A DNA stretch of 60,904 nucleotides from an uncultured Candidatus Bathyarchaeia archaeon (GCA_964568845.1 CAZMSC010000008.1:1-60904), one strand, 5' to 3'; counted from the first letter of the stretch, positions 19,901 through 29,181 are shown. Numbers and translations are program-made. Notes: a model not told the origin generated them from the letters alone.

Positions 19901-21221
19901 CACTGTTAAAGGGTTTCTAGGACTATCTTATGAGGAATTCCTCATAACGCAGGTAAATGGCACTATAGAGCAGGGTGGGTGGTTTGAGAAAAGCGACCTG
20001 TTCGCATGTATACTGAGCGACGAAATCGCAAGGGCTTTAAACGCTAAACCCGGGGATCTAGTTGAAATCTGGGGTATACCTCTAAAGGTCAGAGGAATAT
20101 TCAACAGTTCTAAAATGGACTCTCTGAGAGACTTAGACGGAGAACCTATCACGCCTAAAGACTTATTTGCCCCCTATGGTGAAGAGCGGGCGGTTCATCT
20201 GCCAGCTTCTTCAGTCGTCATAGTTCCCTACGAGTTAGCTATGAAGATGGGAGGTACAATATATAGCGTGACGATAAAACCGTATGATATAGAATCTATA
20301 GATTACATAGCAAGATCTTTAGCCTATAGGTCTCTAGGGGTTTACGCGTATGCTTCCAAGGCCGGGTCTGTAAAGCTATATTGGTCTAGAATGAGCTATA
20401 AAATTGTACTCTTAGATGAGCCCTTAACGATTTTCCTAAATTTGAGTTTTATGATCGTAGGGTTTTACATAAGTTATAGGTCTAGGTCTCAATATACGGG
20501 GGTTAAGTTTAAAACCATATTTGTCAAAGCGGTCTTACTAGGGCTTACGTCTTATCCAATAGGCTTATTCCTCGGACAGCTGCTCTCTATACTATTCTAT
20601 AGAATCGGAATCTTACCTGAGGAGGTGAAACCAAACTTTTCAACGTTTTCTCTAATAGTAGCTTTCCTGCCAGCTATAGCAGGTTCTCTCTCATGTTATG
20701 GAAGCCCCTTCCTCTCCATCATGGAAAAAGCATTGTTAGAAACGTTGAGAATGAGGGAGGTTTTAAGACACGGTAGAGAGTATCGGTTGAGTAGAAAAGT
20801 CTTGGAGGGTTTAGACGAGAAAACCGTTATGGGACTTATTGCCTTTACGGGTGAACACTTCAAGCTATATATGGAAGAACGTTATGAGGGTATACAAACT
20901 TTAGACATGGGCTTCTTCAACGTAGAAGGTTTGAAAAGGCTTAGATTGGTCGTGCAGATGGCTCCATGGGAGTTCGGTATAATTGCAAATGCAACACTTG
21001 AAGCAGTTAGAGGTGAAAATGGACTATATGATTTGACAGTTTCTGTAAGATGTAGAGGTGGTCTGGAGGATAGGCATTTGGGAGGGATGTTTAACAAAAT
21101 CTTAACTACGTTGAATCAGTGGAACCGTTTAGATAAGTCTTCGCAAGAATACTATGTTGAAAACGTCTTAACGATTTTAGGAGAATACGCCATAAAGAGG
21201 GATCTGCATGAGAGGCTTTAG
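16956..21221 (+). CDS. Large membrane protein: degenerate M28-peptidase/PA ectodomain + Ig-like domain + TM helices + MacB/FtsX-like region
   Basis: N-terminal signal or TM segment; SRMTGYPG; PA insert (GPLYYVGYG...IDGSIVLM); NVLAELKG...LAAYYDS...PGASE...LLELAR...RSILFVA; TDENGYF beta-sandwich; TM cluster; MacB-like GGWF...CILSDEIARALNAKPGDLV...LKVRGI; C-terminal TMs. Confidence 0.8.
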   Translation: MKSIRSKALLEIVMLILTATFTLELKTLSEPVQEPWKSLTSINMESVMKHVEFFSSFESRMTGYPGFYKAYEYIVDELNRTLGNVAIEEFEVTVPIQHFAEITVESPEHKVLNAYAFWPNLAESCSTPEDGLRGPLYYVGYGTLPEMDGKPIDGSIVLMELNNRWFWRIALNIGAKAAIFVEPEDSFRGDFWAKALQIPINFPRLYVKKEDGDYLKKLIEKYGNLTVTLKSSITWDKVKAYNVLAELKGTDPELSKECIVLAAYYDSLSIVPTSAPGASESLGISLLLELARVFKENPPKRSILFVALGGHGLGLAGAREFVWKHFQEIGGKYKLLISLDLSTESSDLAVQFYGGFYALHGTVPGYETKFQWLRDKIFNEYLKLYRTYGGQIRLFDSLSLTNIYYEPTPLYVDSEPFVLAGGIGFTFRTFNVFRRHLFTPLDRLEDIEIDRLKPQAEYIALTLRMLCEEPKLAVYSKPTVIGVGYGFVTLSGYVQEYNLTRGWYQKVPNALVQLPFWPTLIVEKTDENGYFQIKGLRAGAYYWFNGFIVDRYGHVLGTNEYGGFAPPLPNLFGITIYRPDAFVNIKVFRCGSIHISYVVDPRTFYTPYGSYTVLNNFKTHVTLITYGPVYTDGYDFQIFIPPDTPVEVFLRTGGSQENYAILLNITESNIDGTGYLVQPGEILRIKNLVLEAPKSFYILNKERLDNLHSFYAFSIRPEEYHRQAEDMLQEAYEAFNNMRYSEAYCKAVHAWCLEAYAYSAIKDFIVDLAYNSSLTYIFTLPLIIVVTMGFLRRRGGGLKTLAVQLAFSLFFMAVLYLYSPGFHVATNIYVMLGSLFIIALVVLVLIILWREFSTALSFIRRRFLRIPYDESDARLGVKELTFRIKRFLEEDKARFLAIVLISSLATCTFLLTSFCSSYTYVFESSKIFEAEEGRILLRKWPWDVFAERHVDLLKIELAENALVSSRVWTYPSYQELRINLNSTVKGFLGLSYEEFLITQVNGTIEQGGWFEKSDLFACILSDEIARALNAKPGDLVEIWGIPLKVRGIFNSSKMDSLRDLDGEPITPKDLFAPYGEERAVHLPASSVVIVPYELAMKMGGTIYSVTIKPYDIESIDYIARSLAYRSLGVYAYASKAGSVKLYWSRMSYKIVLLDEPLTIFLNLSFMIVGFYISYRSRSQYTGVKFKTIFVKAVLLGLTSYPIGLFLGQLLSILFYRIGILPEEVKPNFSTFSLIVAFLPAIAGSLSCYGSPFLSIMEKALLETLRMREVLRHGREYRLSRKVLEGLDEKTVMGLIAFTGEHFKLYMEERYEGIQTLDMGFFNVEGLKRLRLVVQMAPWEFGIIANATLEAVRGENGLYDLTVSVRCRGGLEDRHLGGMFNKILTTLNQWNRLDKSSQEYYVENVLTILGEYAIKRDLHERL

Positions 21222-23109
21222 TGGCCTCAGTCTTAGAGTGCTGATTATAATGCTTTTCATAGCCTTTGTAGTAGAGCCTATAGTAATATACAATTATCTG
21301 ATAGGCGGCTCATTCGGAGGCTTAGAGGCTTGGCTTATAATAATACTCCTCGTCGAAATAACAAGTATAACTGGTAGAGCGTTGACTATGCAAGAAGCAT
21401 TTATGATAAATACGGTTGTAGGGTTAATATTGGCTAGGTCTCTACTATTTCCGACAACTTTACTATACGATATGTTCTACGCCTTTCATCAGGTGACAAG
21501 AGATTTTGGATATGCTATTCAATTGCCCTACTGGTTTACAGTCCCCCCGGAGTCCTTAGTTGCGAAGGGACTTCTTAGGACATTTTTCACTGTTGATTGG
21601 GCTATTCCATTAACAGTGCTGCTGACTCAAATTACAATAAACTTGGTAATAGCATTATCTATGGGAATTATATGTTACGAGATATACGTTGTCGTTGAAA
21701 AATTGGAGTTCCCACTTCAAGCGGCAGCGGCTGAAGGTATAATTACAGTCACCGGAGGAGACCCTGAGAGAAGTAGAGTGTTCGCAATATCGGCTTTCAT
21801 AGGAGGGGTGTATGCGATTTTAAGCTGGTTCATTCCGGTTGTTGTAAACTGGCAGATCCCATCTCTAGTATACATATTCGACTGGGAATTCACTAATCTA
21901 TTGGAGTATTGGCGTGATATACCCATTCTCCCAGGTGCATCACTTGCCGTAAACGTAAATCTTCTAACGTTTGCATCGGGGCTTGTGATCCCTCTGGACG
22001 CTTGCATCTGGATGTTCATAGGTTCCCATATGCTATACTTCATAGGGAACGCTCTCTTAGTCAGATGGAACCTCTGGACTCAGGTCGATGTTGGAGCGTG
22101 GTATCAAGGAGCAGGAGTGTACTATAACGTTAGATGGTCTCAGTTCAACTATTGGGCCGCATTAAGCCTGGGCTTTGCATTGGCAGGTTCCATTGTCCCA
22201 ATCATACTAAGACCTAGCGGAGTGGTTAAGGCATTTAAATTGCTATATAAGTTGGTTGAGTCTGAACGAGCCGGAGATATAGTATCGCTATGGGTAGTTT
22301 TAACGATGTTCATTTCAGCGTCTGTAGCCTACATCATTCTACTCATATTACTCCTTCCAAAAATAGCCTATGGGCAGCTGCTACTCTTAGCATCAACATT
22401 TATAGGTGGAAGCTTTTTCATAACGCTCATATCTGCTACTACGACTGGTGTGACAAGCTATGGGTTTAACATTCCATACTTGAGGGAGGGTATAATTCTG
22501 ACAGCTAGGTATCCCGGTCTTGAAATATGGTTTTCGCCAGTGGGAATAAACATTGATGGTGCGGGTATAGCTGCTTCCATGAAGACTGCCACGATGACTG
22601 GTGTAAAGTTGAAAGAGTTTCTAACGGCATATGTCACATCTACTGTGTTAGGCATTTTATCAAGTTTCATATTCACACAGGTATACTGGAGTTTAAATCC
22701 AATACCGTCATGGGCATACCCGAACACAGCTTATGGATGGCACTTCTCAGTCTACGACCGAAACTTAAACCTTAAATGGTTTATGTCAGGCCAAATACTT
22801 AAACCGCCCCTAATACTCGGTGGTTTTATAGCTGGATCCGGACTTTACCTTCTGTTTAATCTTCTAGGTGTTACAAACTGGTTTTTTGCGATGCTCTCCG
22901 GCTTTGTCACATATCCTAATGTAGCTTTATCGATAATGCTAAGTGCTCTAATCAGTAAATATGTTTTTGCTAGAATCTTCGGATTGGAAACTTGGAGAAA
23001 ATACGCGCCAAACGTTACAGTAGGATTATCAGCAGGGTGGGGAATAGTAATTACGTTGGGTGGAATAATAAATCTAATTTCAAGAAGCGCATGGATACTA
23101 CCATACTAG
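21208..23109 (+). CDS. OPT/YSL-like polytopic membrane transporter
   Basis: More than 12 hydrophobic segments, LTMQE, EKLEFP motif, PIPSWAYP; overlaps the upstream gene. Confidence 0.7.
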   Translation: MRGFSGLSLRVLIIMLFIAFVVEPIVIYNYLIGGSFGGLEAWLIIILLVEITSITGRALTMQEAFMINTVVGLILARSLLFPTTLLYDMFYAFHQVTRDFGYAIQLPYWFTVPPESLVAKGLLRTFFTVDWAIPLTVLLTQITINLVIALSMGIICYEIYVVVEKLEFPLQAAAAEGIITVTGGDPERSRVFAISAFIGGVYAILSWFIPVVVNWQIPSLVYIFDWEFTNLLEYWRDIPILPGASLAVNVNLLTFASGLVIPLDACIWMFIGSHMLYFIGNALLVRWNLWTQVDVGAWYQGAGVYYNVRWSQFNYWAALSLGFALAGSIVPIILRPSGVVKAFKLLYKLVESERAGDIVSLWVVLTMFISASVAYIILLILLLPKIAYGQLLLLASTFIGGSFFITLISATTTGVTSYGFNIPYLREGIILTARYPGLEIWFSPVGINIDGAGIAASMKTATMTGVKLKEFLTAYVTSTVLGILSSFIFTQVYWSLNPIPSWAYPNTAYGWHFSVYDRNLNLKWFMSGQILKPPLILGGFIAGSGLYLLFNLLGVTNWFFAMLSGFVTYPNVALSIMLSALISKYVFARIFGLETWRKYAPNVTVGLSAGWGIVITLGGIINLISRSAWILPY

Positions 23110-23121
23110 GAGGGGCTGGCG

Positions 23122-25050
23122 TTGAAGGGGGGACGAGTGCAATTAAATACCTCGAGAATACTACTAGCATTAACGTTAACGACGGTTTGGAGTATTTTTG
23201 GAGCCATTTTAACTATAGTATTGGGGAGCGTGCATGGATACACTTCTTACGATGGATTCGCCCTCGCCAGTACTACAACGCTACTGGCATTATACGTAAT
23301 AGGTTCTTATAAGAGGCCCGTTAGTGTTGAAACATATGCTTCAGTTTTAATAGCACTATCATCTTCTACAATCACATGCGGTTTCTGGAGCTTCAGTAGC
23401 ACATTCATAAGAAGCTGGTACATTAGAATCATGGAACCGTATAGAACAATCTTTGGAACGTACATGCCGTACTTCTGGGCTCCTGAGGTTGAGACTATAA
23501 ATTCTATTTTACTTGGAGGAAAGGCCTTTCCGATTATGGAGTTAGCACCATCTATGGTTTTCTGGATCTGTTTAACATTTTTCTCCTACGCCTTCTTCGT
23601 AGGCTCTGCCTTAATGTTTAGAGAAGCCTTCCTAGAAGTTGAAAAACTTCCATTCCCCCAAACTCAAGTTTATCTAGAATTGACTCCGTACTCTTCCATG
23701 AGGCGTTTTTCGAGGGGGCCATTTAAAGCAGGACTAGTATTCATACTTGTTCTACAGATACCCTACGTTATTAGACAAGCCGTACCTTGGTTTCCAGTCG
23801 TACCGATAAATTGGGGACAGTTTTTCCCCTTTACCGTAGACTTTTCAGATGTAAGAGAGATTAGAGAGATCTATTTACCCAATTCCGTTTTAATATTTGG
23901 ATACAATCCATGGCATATCGCCCTAGCCTATTTAGCTCCTATGGATACTACTCTATCCGTATGGTTTTCATTTCTATTGCTTCAAATAGTTTACCCGGCT
24001 TTAGCCACGTGGATGGGGATAATACCTATGAATACTTCAAGGGTTACTTTTCAATCTGCTAGGAATTGGCGTTGGATCAACCTTATGTACGGACCGCTTA
24101 AACCTTACATAACTATAGGTGTGGGTGGACTTATAGGTATAGGTGTATGGCCGATAATACTCGACTTAACATTCAGAGAGAGGCGGAGGGTTTTCCTAGA
24201 GAGAACCGGACTACTTTCGATATTACTGGGCGCCGCTGGCTTAGCATACTTAACCTATTTAAGCAATTCTCCCCTACTTCAAACGTTAATGGGTCTTCTG
24301 ATTCTACAGGGTATTGGTTTAGGCTTAGCGAGAGTTAGAGGTGAACTGGGGCTTTTAATACCGCCACTTTCCAAACCTCTAAATACAGCATTCTGGTATA
24401 GGATATATCCTTGGAAAACTATGGATCCAGAGTATTTTGCATACTTGCACATTTTTGGAGGAGTCTATAGTTCTGAAGCTGGAGTTAGCTTTACGTCAAT
24501 ACCATCATTATCGCTGGAAACGATTAAAACGATGAAAAGCTGGAAGATGGAAGACATAGAGGGATTTTATATCCTTTCCCTGGCGTCGATAGCGGTGGCT
24601 TCCGCTGTATACTTTCTGGCTTCTCTAGAACTTTTCAACGTATATGGGGTTTCAGCATTCCCAGGGTCGAAAAGACTATTCTATGAAACAGTGAAAGACG
24701 AATCCGATTTCCTGATAACAGCGGTTTCGACTTACCCGCCTTGGCCGTGGTGGCAAAACATAATATACGGCTTACTGGGTATGGGCATGGTCATGGTTTT
24801 AGGATTCACATTCCCATGGTTCCCCATAACTCCTGAGGGACTGGTTATATCGGCTACGGAAGTCGCAATGCAGGGCTTCTGGAGCAGTTGTTTAATAGCT
24901 TGGATTCTGAAGAAGCTGACTTTTGCCATAGGAGGGGCTTACCTTTACGAACGTGATGGAAAATCTATGGCTTTAGGAGTAATACTCGGCTATATCCTGA
25001 CAACGGTATTAAGCATACTGGTATCTTTGATATTAGTAATCTACCACTGA
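23122..25050 (+). CDS. OPT-like (DUF6785/DUF6784-type) polytopic membrane protein
   Basis: EKLPFP, AYLAP.D...S.W, RVRGELG, WFPITPEG, AWILK...IGG..LYE C-terminal signature. Confidence 0.7.
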   Translation: MKGGRVQLNTSRILLALTLTTVWSIFGAILTIVLGSVHGYTSYDGFALASTTTLLALYVIGSYKRPVSVETYASVLIALSSSTITCGFWSFSSTFIRSWYIRIMEPYRTIFGTYMPYFWAPEVETINSILLGGKAFPIMELAPSMVFWICLTFFSYAFFVGSALMFREAFLEVEKLPFPQTQVYLELTPYSSMRRFSRGPFKAGLVFILVLQIPYVIRQAVPWFPVVPINWGQFFPFTVDFSDVREIREIYLPNSVLIFGYNPWHIALAYLAPMDTTLSVWFSFLLLQIVYPALATWMGIIPMNTSRVTFQSARNWRWINLMYGPLKPYITIGVGGLIGIGVWPIILDLTFRERRRVFLERTGLLSILLGAAGLAYLTYLSNSPLLQTLMGLLILQGIGLGLARVRGELGLLIPPLSKPLNTAFWYRIYPWKTMDPEYFAYLHIFGGVYSSEAGVSFTSIPSLSLETIKTMKSWKMEDIEGFYILSLASIAVASAVYFLASLELFNVYGVSAFPGSKRLFYETVKDESDFLITAVSTYPPWPWWQNIIYGLLGMGMVMVLGFTFPWFPITPEGLVISATEVAMQGFWSSCLIAWILKKLTFAIGGAYLYERDGKSMALGVILGYILTTVLSILVSLILVIYH

Positions 25051-25089
25051 TTTCACGGCTTTACCTTGAATCATTGACACTCTCCACGG

Positions 25090-26319
25090 CTAAAGCCGGG
25101 AGATTCTTGCTTCTAAGGCTCTCATCAGTTGGCTGTTCACAGCCCTTTTAGGCTCCCACCTCATCCCGTCCCACCTTAGAAGCAAGGGGTGTGCCACCAC
25201 CCCGTTAATGCTACCTCCGTGGAGGTAGCCTATATTTAAGACGCCTACGGCATCCCTATGTGCCTCTAACCCGCAGTCTAGACATTTGAAAAGTCTTCCT
25301 TTGGTTGTTATGTTTTTAGAGTGGCAGAGTGGACATTTGCTTGACGTTCCGTATTCGCTTTTCTCCTCTACTTTTATGCCGTACTCTTCGGCTTTTTCTC
25401 TGAACCTTCTAACTATGTAGTTGAAGCTCCAGAAGTTGTTTATCATGGCATTTGTTTTACTGCCATACTTGTTGTTTCTTATGTCCTTCAACCTTCCAAG
25501 CACTATCTTTGAAATGCCGAGTCGATAGGCATCTTCAACTATGGTTCTTATCATGGTGTTTATCGTATGCCTGAACCTTCTCTGACGGATTCTGTATAGT
25601 TTCCTAAGCTTCCTTGACGTTTTAGCCTCGTTGATTCTTGCTAGATTGCTCCGCTCCTTCGCTATCCGTCTTGTCCAGTACCACCAGTCTGATAGAACGG
25701 CTCTACTTGAGAAGGCTATGGGTTGCCTCAAACCTTCAAACCATACTGTGGCAAGGTTTATTACGCCAAGGTCTATGTAGAGGGGCTTGTTGCCTCCCTT
25801 AGGCGGAGGCTTCTCGACTTTAACGCTCATAAAGCCCCTCCACACCCCACCCACTCCATCGTAGATTATCTCAAGTCTCCCTTGCTCGCCCTTCCACTTC
25901 AGCTCACCTTTATATTTCAGCTTGAATCCTTTTGGAAGATAGAGGTATTTCTCGTCAATCTTGTAGCAGTCGTTTCTTACAACCATTCTCAGCTCTCTTC
26001 TACCGTTCCTTTTCCAGTATCTAGGCATTGAAACTCTGGTTATATGCTCTGGAAGTTTGCCCTTAGACTCAAGTTCTTTAAGTTTAAGGAAGCTTCTCCA
26101 AGCCTCATTATTCTTGTTTATTATCTGCTGGGCTGTTGCTGATCCTATTAGCGGAGCGTATTTAGCGTAGAGATGCTTAGGATACCATTCAAACTTCTTG
26201 TACCTTATGTAGGCTTGTCTCTTCTCAAAGTTCACTTCATTGTAGAGTCTAGCGCAATTGTCTGCAAGCTCCCATAGAGCTGGATGATCCTCAACTATGA
26301 AGGTGTTTGTTCGCTCCAT
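25090..26319 (-). CDS. tnpB: RNA-guided endonuclease TnpB (409 aa from MERTNTF)
   Basis: RuvC-I YIDLGV, zinc ribbon CPLC...CLDC, RuvC-III HRDAVGVLNI; N-terminal LYNEVNF and SATAQQII. Confidence 0.92.
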   Translation of the reverse strand: MERTNTFIVEDHPALWELADNCARLYNEVNFEKRQAYIRYKKFEWYPKHLYAKYAPLIGSATAQQIINKNNEAWRSFLKLKELESKGKLPEHITRVSMPRYWKRNGRRELRMVVRNDCYKIDEKYLYLPKGFKLKYKGELKWKGEQGRLEIIYDGVGGVWRGFMSVKVEKPPPKGGNKPLYIDLGVINLATVWFEGLRQPIAFSSRAVLSDWWYWTRRIAKERSNLARINEAKTSRKLRKLYRIRQRRFRHTINTMIRTIVEDAYRLGISKIVLGRLKDIRNNKYGSKTNAMINNFWSFNYIVRRFREKAEEYGIKVEEKSEYGTSSKCPLCHSKNITTKGRLFKCLDCGLEAHRDAVGVLNIGYLHGGSINGVVAHPLLLRWDGMRWEPKRAVNSQLMRALEARISRL

Positions 26320-26545
26320 TTTAGACGCCTTTTTTTGGGCTTCAATGTATTTTTCAATGGTCTCTTTAGAGACCGCTCCTATTGTCGAAACGTAGTAGCT
26401 GTGTGTCCATAGGGATGGCAACTTAAGCAGTTCGGGGAACTCCTTTCTAAGGATGTTCGAACTCCTGCCCTTGATTCTCCTCACGATCTTGTGAACAGGT
26501 ATCGTTGGATGGGCCGATATGAACAGATGGACGTGATCAGGGTTT
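26320..26545 (-). pseudogene. tnpA: 5'-truncated IS200-type Y1 transposase
   Basis: HUH motif PDHVHLF, IKGRSS, LWTHSYYVSTIG, catalytic YIEAQ; the N-terminal part is missing. Confidence 0.88.
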
Positions 26546-26722
26546 ATGGTAATCTGTAAAATACTGTTTAATTCCATGTTTTAATGCAAACGCTTTAACG
26601 TGGTTAAGGGTTGGAGAGGCTACGGCGATTATTTCACAATCGCCACATCTTCTAAATGCGTTGGCATGAATATCCGCTACGAAGCCGCTGCCAATTACTC
26701 CAACACCGACTCTTCTACTCAT
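26537..26722 (-). pseudogene. N-terminal fragment of a Gfo/Idh/MocA oxidoreductase
   Basis: VGVGVIGSGFVADIH...YFTDY, cut off by the junction with tnpA. Confidence 0.8.
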
Positions 26723-26907
26723 AGCAATCTAACTGAACTATTTGGAAAGTTGAACATTTAAAAATTTGCTAAAACCTCAGTAGCCAACATCTTTCAAAGA
26801 TTAAGATTATGAGATCAGGAATCTTTTACAACACCATATTAAAAAGATGAAAATTTTTAAACCTAAGCTTAAGTAGCGTTAACTGAAGATTAAACGTCGA
26901 AGGGGTC

Positions 26908-27180
26908 TTGGTGAACCGCGAACGATTGAAGAGGGTCTTTGACGGAGTAATATTGATGGCGATTTCCACTTTGGCAGTCATATCAGCCGTAGCCTCCTAT
27001 GCATCCACTACTGAAGAGAGCTTTGCAACAGTTTTTACATATTCACTATTATTGACAGTAGGGTTGGCATTTTTGCTTCTACTTTTGAATAGAGATAAGC
27101 TTAAAGAACTGTCGGATTTGAAAAAGACGGTTTTAAAAATAATATTATGGATTAAGAGGAAGACTCCTAAAATATTGTGA
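26908..27180 (+). CDS. Small 2-TM hypothetical membrane protein
   Basis: GGGG SD-like site upstream; two hydrophobic helices and a basic tail. Confidence 0.5.
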   Translation: MVNRERLKRVFDGVILMAISTLAVISAVASYASTTEESFATVFTYSLLLTVGLAFLLLLLNRDKLKELSDLKKTVLKIILWIKRKTPKIL

Positions 27181-27236
27181 TAACTCATGATATTGTGTTG
27201 GTTGATGCTTTATTCATCTCCATAGTCATTTCATTC

Positions 27237-28064
27237 CTATGGAGTTAACTCTGTATTTAGATTCAGCCAACACCTATCCCTGTACTTTTTAAAACCGACC
27301 TTCATGTATACATGCTTCGCAGGAATATTGTCGCTACGGACTCCCAATCCTACGTATTTCACGCTCTCACATTTAAAAGCCTCTTCTACGGCTTTTGAAA
27401 CCAGAGATGTGGCGAAACCTCTACTCCTATACTTCCGACTTGTGAACACCCTTCCTATCCAGCATACTTCAGGTATATGAGGCAGTAGTTTTTTCAGCTG
27501 AACCACTGAGGCGAGCCTTCCGTCTGTGAAAATTCCATAGATATCGCTTCTTTTCAACTCACCCATAGTCTTTTCGACCTCCTCTGTTATATCGTTGGGT
27601 ACTGGGCGCCATTCACGCATTAGCCTAAGAAAATCCACTGCATGATCTTCATTTAATAGTTTCACGTCATGCTTGATGTAAAGTGTTTCTTCACCTTTTC
27701 TGAGGCTCATAATTTCAGTCGTATACTCACTTTTAATGGGGAATTTGTTTTTCACGATGTCGCTGAGCGTAGGGCTTAAATGGAACGTAGCTTCGTCTAT
27801 CTTCACGATGTCCAGTAGATGTGTTATCACATCTCTATCTCCATCAAGGATTATAGATGGGGGTGTTTCCCCACGGTAGATTAGGAGGAAGCCAGCTAGA
27901 TGGTCGTTTTTAAAACCAATATGCCACAACGTTTTCCTATGAGAGACCGCATCGTATAGGTCGTAAAGTGGGTAGAAGTTGTAGATGGGGTCTACTCTCA
28001 AGTAGGAGCCGAGTTCTCCGGTAAACTCTTCGCTGAGCTTTCTCAGTTTAATTGACGTATCCAT
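27237..28064 (-). CDS. GNAT acetyltransferase
   Basis: VFT...YRSRGFA acetyl-CoA motif; V...NIPA...Y.KVGF. Confidence 0.85.
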   Translation of the reverse strand: MDTSIKLRKLSEEFTGELGSYLRVDPIYNFYPLYDLYDAVSHRKTLWHIGFKNDHLAGFLLIYRGETPPSIILDGDRDVITHLLDIVKIDEATFHLSPTLSDIVKNKFPIKSEYTTEIMSLRKGEETLYIKHDVKLLNEDHAVDFLRLMREWRPVPNDITEEVEKTMGELKRSDIYGIFTDGRLASVVQLKKLLPHIPEVCWIGRVFTSRKYRSRGFATSLVSKAVEEAFKCESVKYVGLGVRSDNIPAKHVYMKVGFKKYRDRCWLNLNTELTP

Positions 28065-28227
28065 TTAACAACTGTCACATAGATGCGTTAACGTAGTAGC
28101 GTAAAAGTTTAACCCTTACAGTTGGTCACAAACAGGCAACAAACGGCTACAGCAATACCCACTTACGCTTAGACCATAGATTGAAACAAAATTTTAGAAA
28201 CTTAAGAGTATTTGTTCAATGATGTTT

Positions 28228-28650
28228 TCAAGGAAGAAATCGCTGTATCTTTCTTTTTGCTTCTAAATCTCGCTGCATTTTTTCACATCGCTCATACCAT
28301 AATGTTTCATATTCATTTTGTGGTATAACTCTGTTTCTGAGGTCAGCTATTGTCCTTTCTCCTTCACTCTTACACAATTCTACACAGATTTTATAGGCAT
28401 CCCAGTCAAGCTCTTCATCTTCCCAGTATACTGGGATTTCTGAAAAACCATAGAGAAAAGCCGCGAAGGCTCTTGTATGTCCATCCACAAAGATGATGTC
28501 TTCATCGAGTTTCTTAATTGGTATAGGTTCTATTGATTCAAGTTTATTGATGTTAAATGTTTTCATCACTTCAGATAATTTTTCAGAGCAAATGTACAGC
28601 TGGCTTGGCTGTATCTCGCTTAATTTCATCATGAAAATCTTTTTGTCCAT
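28228..28650 (-). CDS. ParB/Srx-like domain small protein
   Basis: LSEIQPSQ...PIPI...FVDGHTRAFAA matches the ParB/Srx DGHxR motif. Confidence 0.65.
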   Translation of the reverse strand: MDKKIFMMKLSEIQPSQLYICSEKLSEVMKTFNINKLESIEPIPIKKLDEDIIFVDGHTRAFAAFLYGFSEIPVYWEDEELDWDAYKICVELCKSEGERTIADLRNRVIPQNEYETLWYERCEKMQRDLEAKRKIQRFLP

Positions 28651-28845
28651 AAAAACCCTGCAAGCTAAACTATAAAATCTTCCACCTTATTAACATTTTA
28701 TCTCCAAATCCACACATCCGCCTATTTTCCCCCCTAAGCCTCAACGTACTCTATAGGCGGTGCCCGTACTTCCTTTGGCTTTCATCCCTTAGAAAGCCTC
28801 TGCAACTCTTAAATCTTAGAAGTGGAGACTAATATTTAGAGCATT

Positions 28846-29181
28846 ATGGAGATAGACTGGGAGGAGTTTAAGAAGAAGTTTCCAAACTTGGCTAGAGAAA
28901 TGGGAAATAACGTTCAAAGAGTCAGCATCGGAGGAGTTAGAACGTATAACGCGGAAGATTTTGATGAGCTTAAAATGCCGGACGCTATATCATATCTTAG
29001 ACGCTGTGAGACTGAAGAGCAAGCAATTGAGGTGATAGACTACTTGGAGCGTAAGGGTGAGATAACCAAGGAGTATGCGGATACGCTTAGAAAACAGCTT
29101 AAAGAGAAGGGTGTTAGAAGCTTCGGTTCTCTTAAAAAGCCAGACTACTACCTGAGAAAATACTACTATGGAGACCTGTAA
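28846..29181 (+). CDS. DUF2095 family archaeal protein
   Basis: EFKKKFPNLARE, YLRRCETEEQA.EVIDYLERKGEI, GVRSFG..K..YY. Confidence 0.8.
   Translation: MEIDWEEFKKKFPNLAREMGNNVQRVSIGGVRTYNAEDFDELKMPDAISYLRRCETEEQAIEVIDYLERKGEITKEYADTLRKQLKEKGVRSFGSLKKPDYYLRKYYYGDL

Larger units (their letters stand above)
25074..26545 (-). mobile_element. IS200/IS605-family element with deleted left end (partial tnpA + tnpB + right end)
   Basis: Right-end hairpin CCCGGCTTTAGCCGTGG followed by ...GTGTCAA ending at 25074; tnpB; tnpA C-terminal half abutting an unrelated gene fragment near 26545. Confidence 0.85.

Noticed and set aside
25090-26577. 495-aa ORF as a genuine novel protein starting MELNSILQ
   Set aside because: The first residues are an alternate frame of the oxidoreductase fragment; the ORF is a by-product of the deletion junction and the A7 run.
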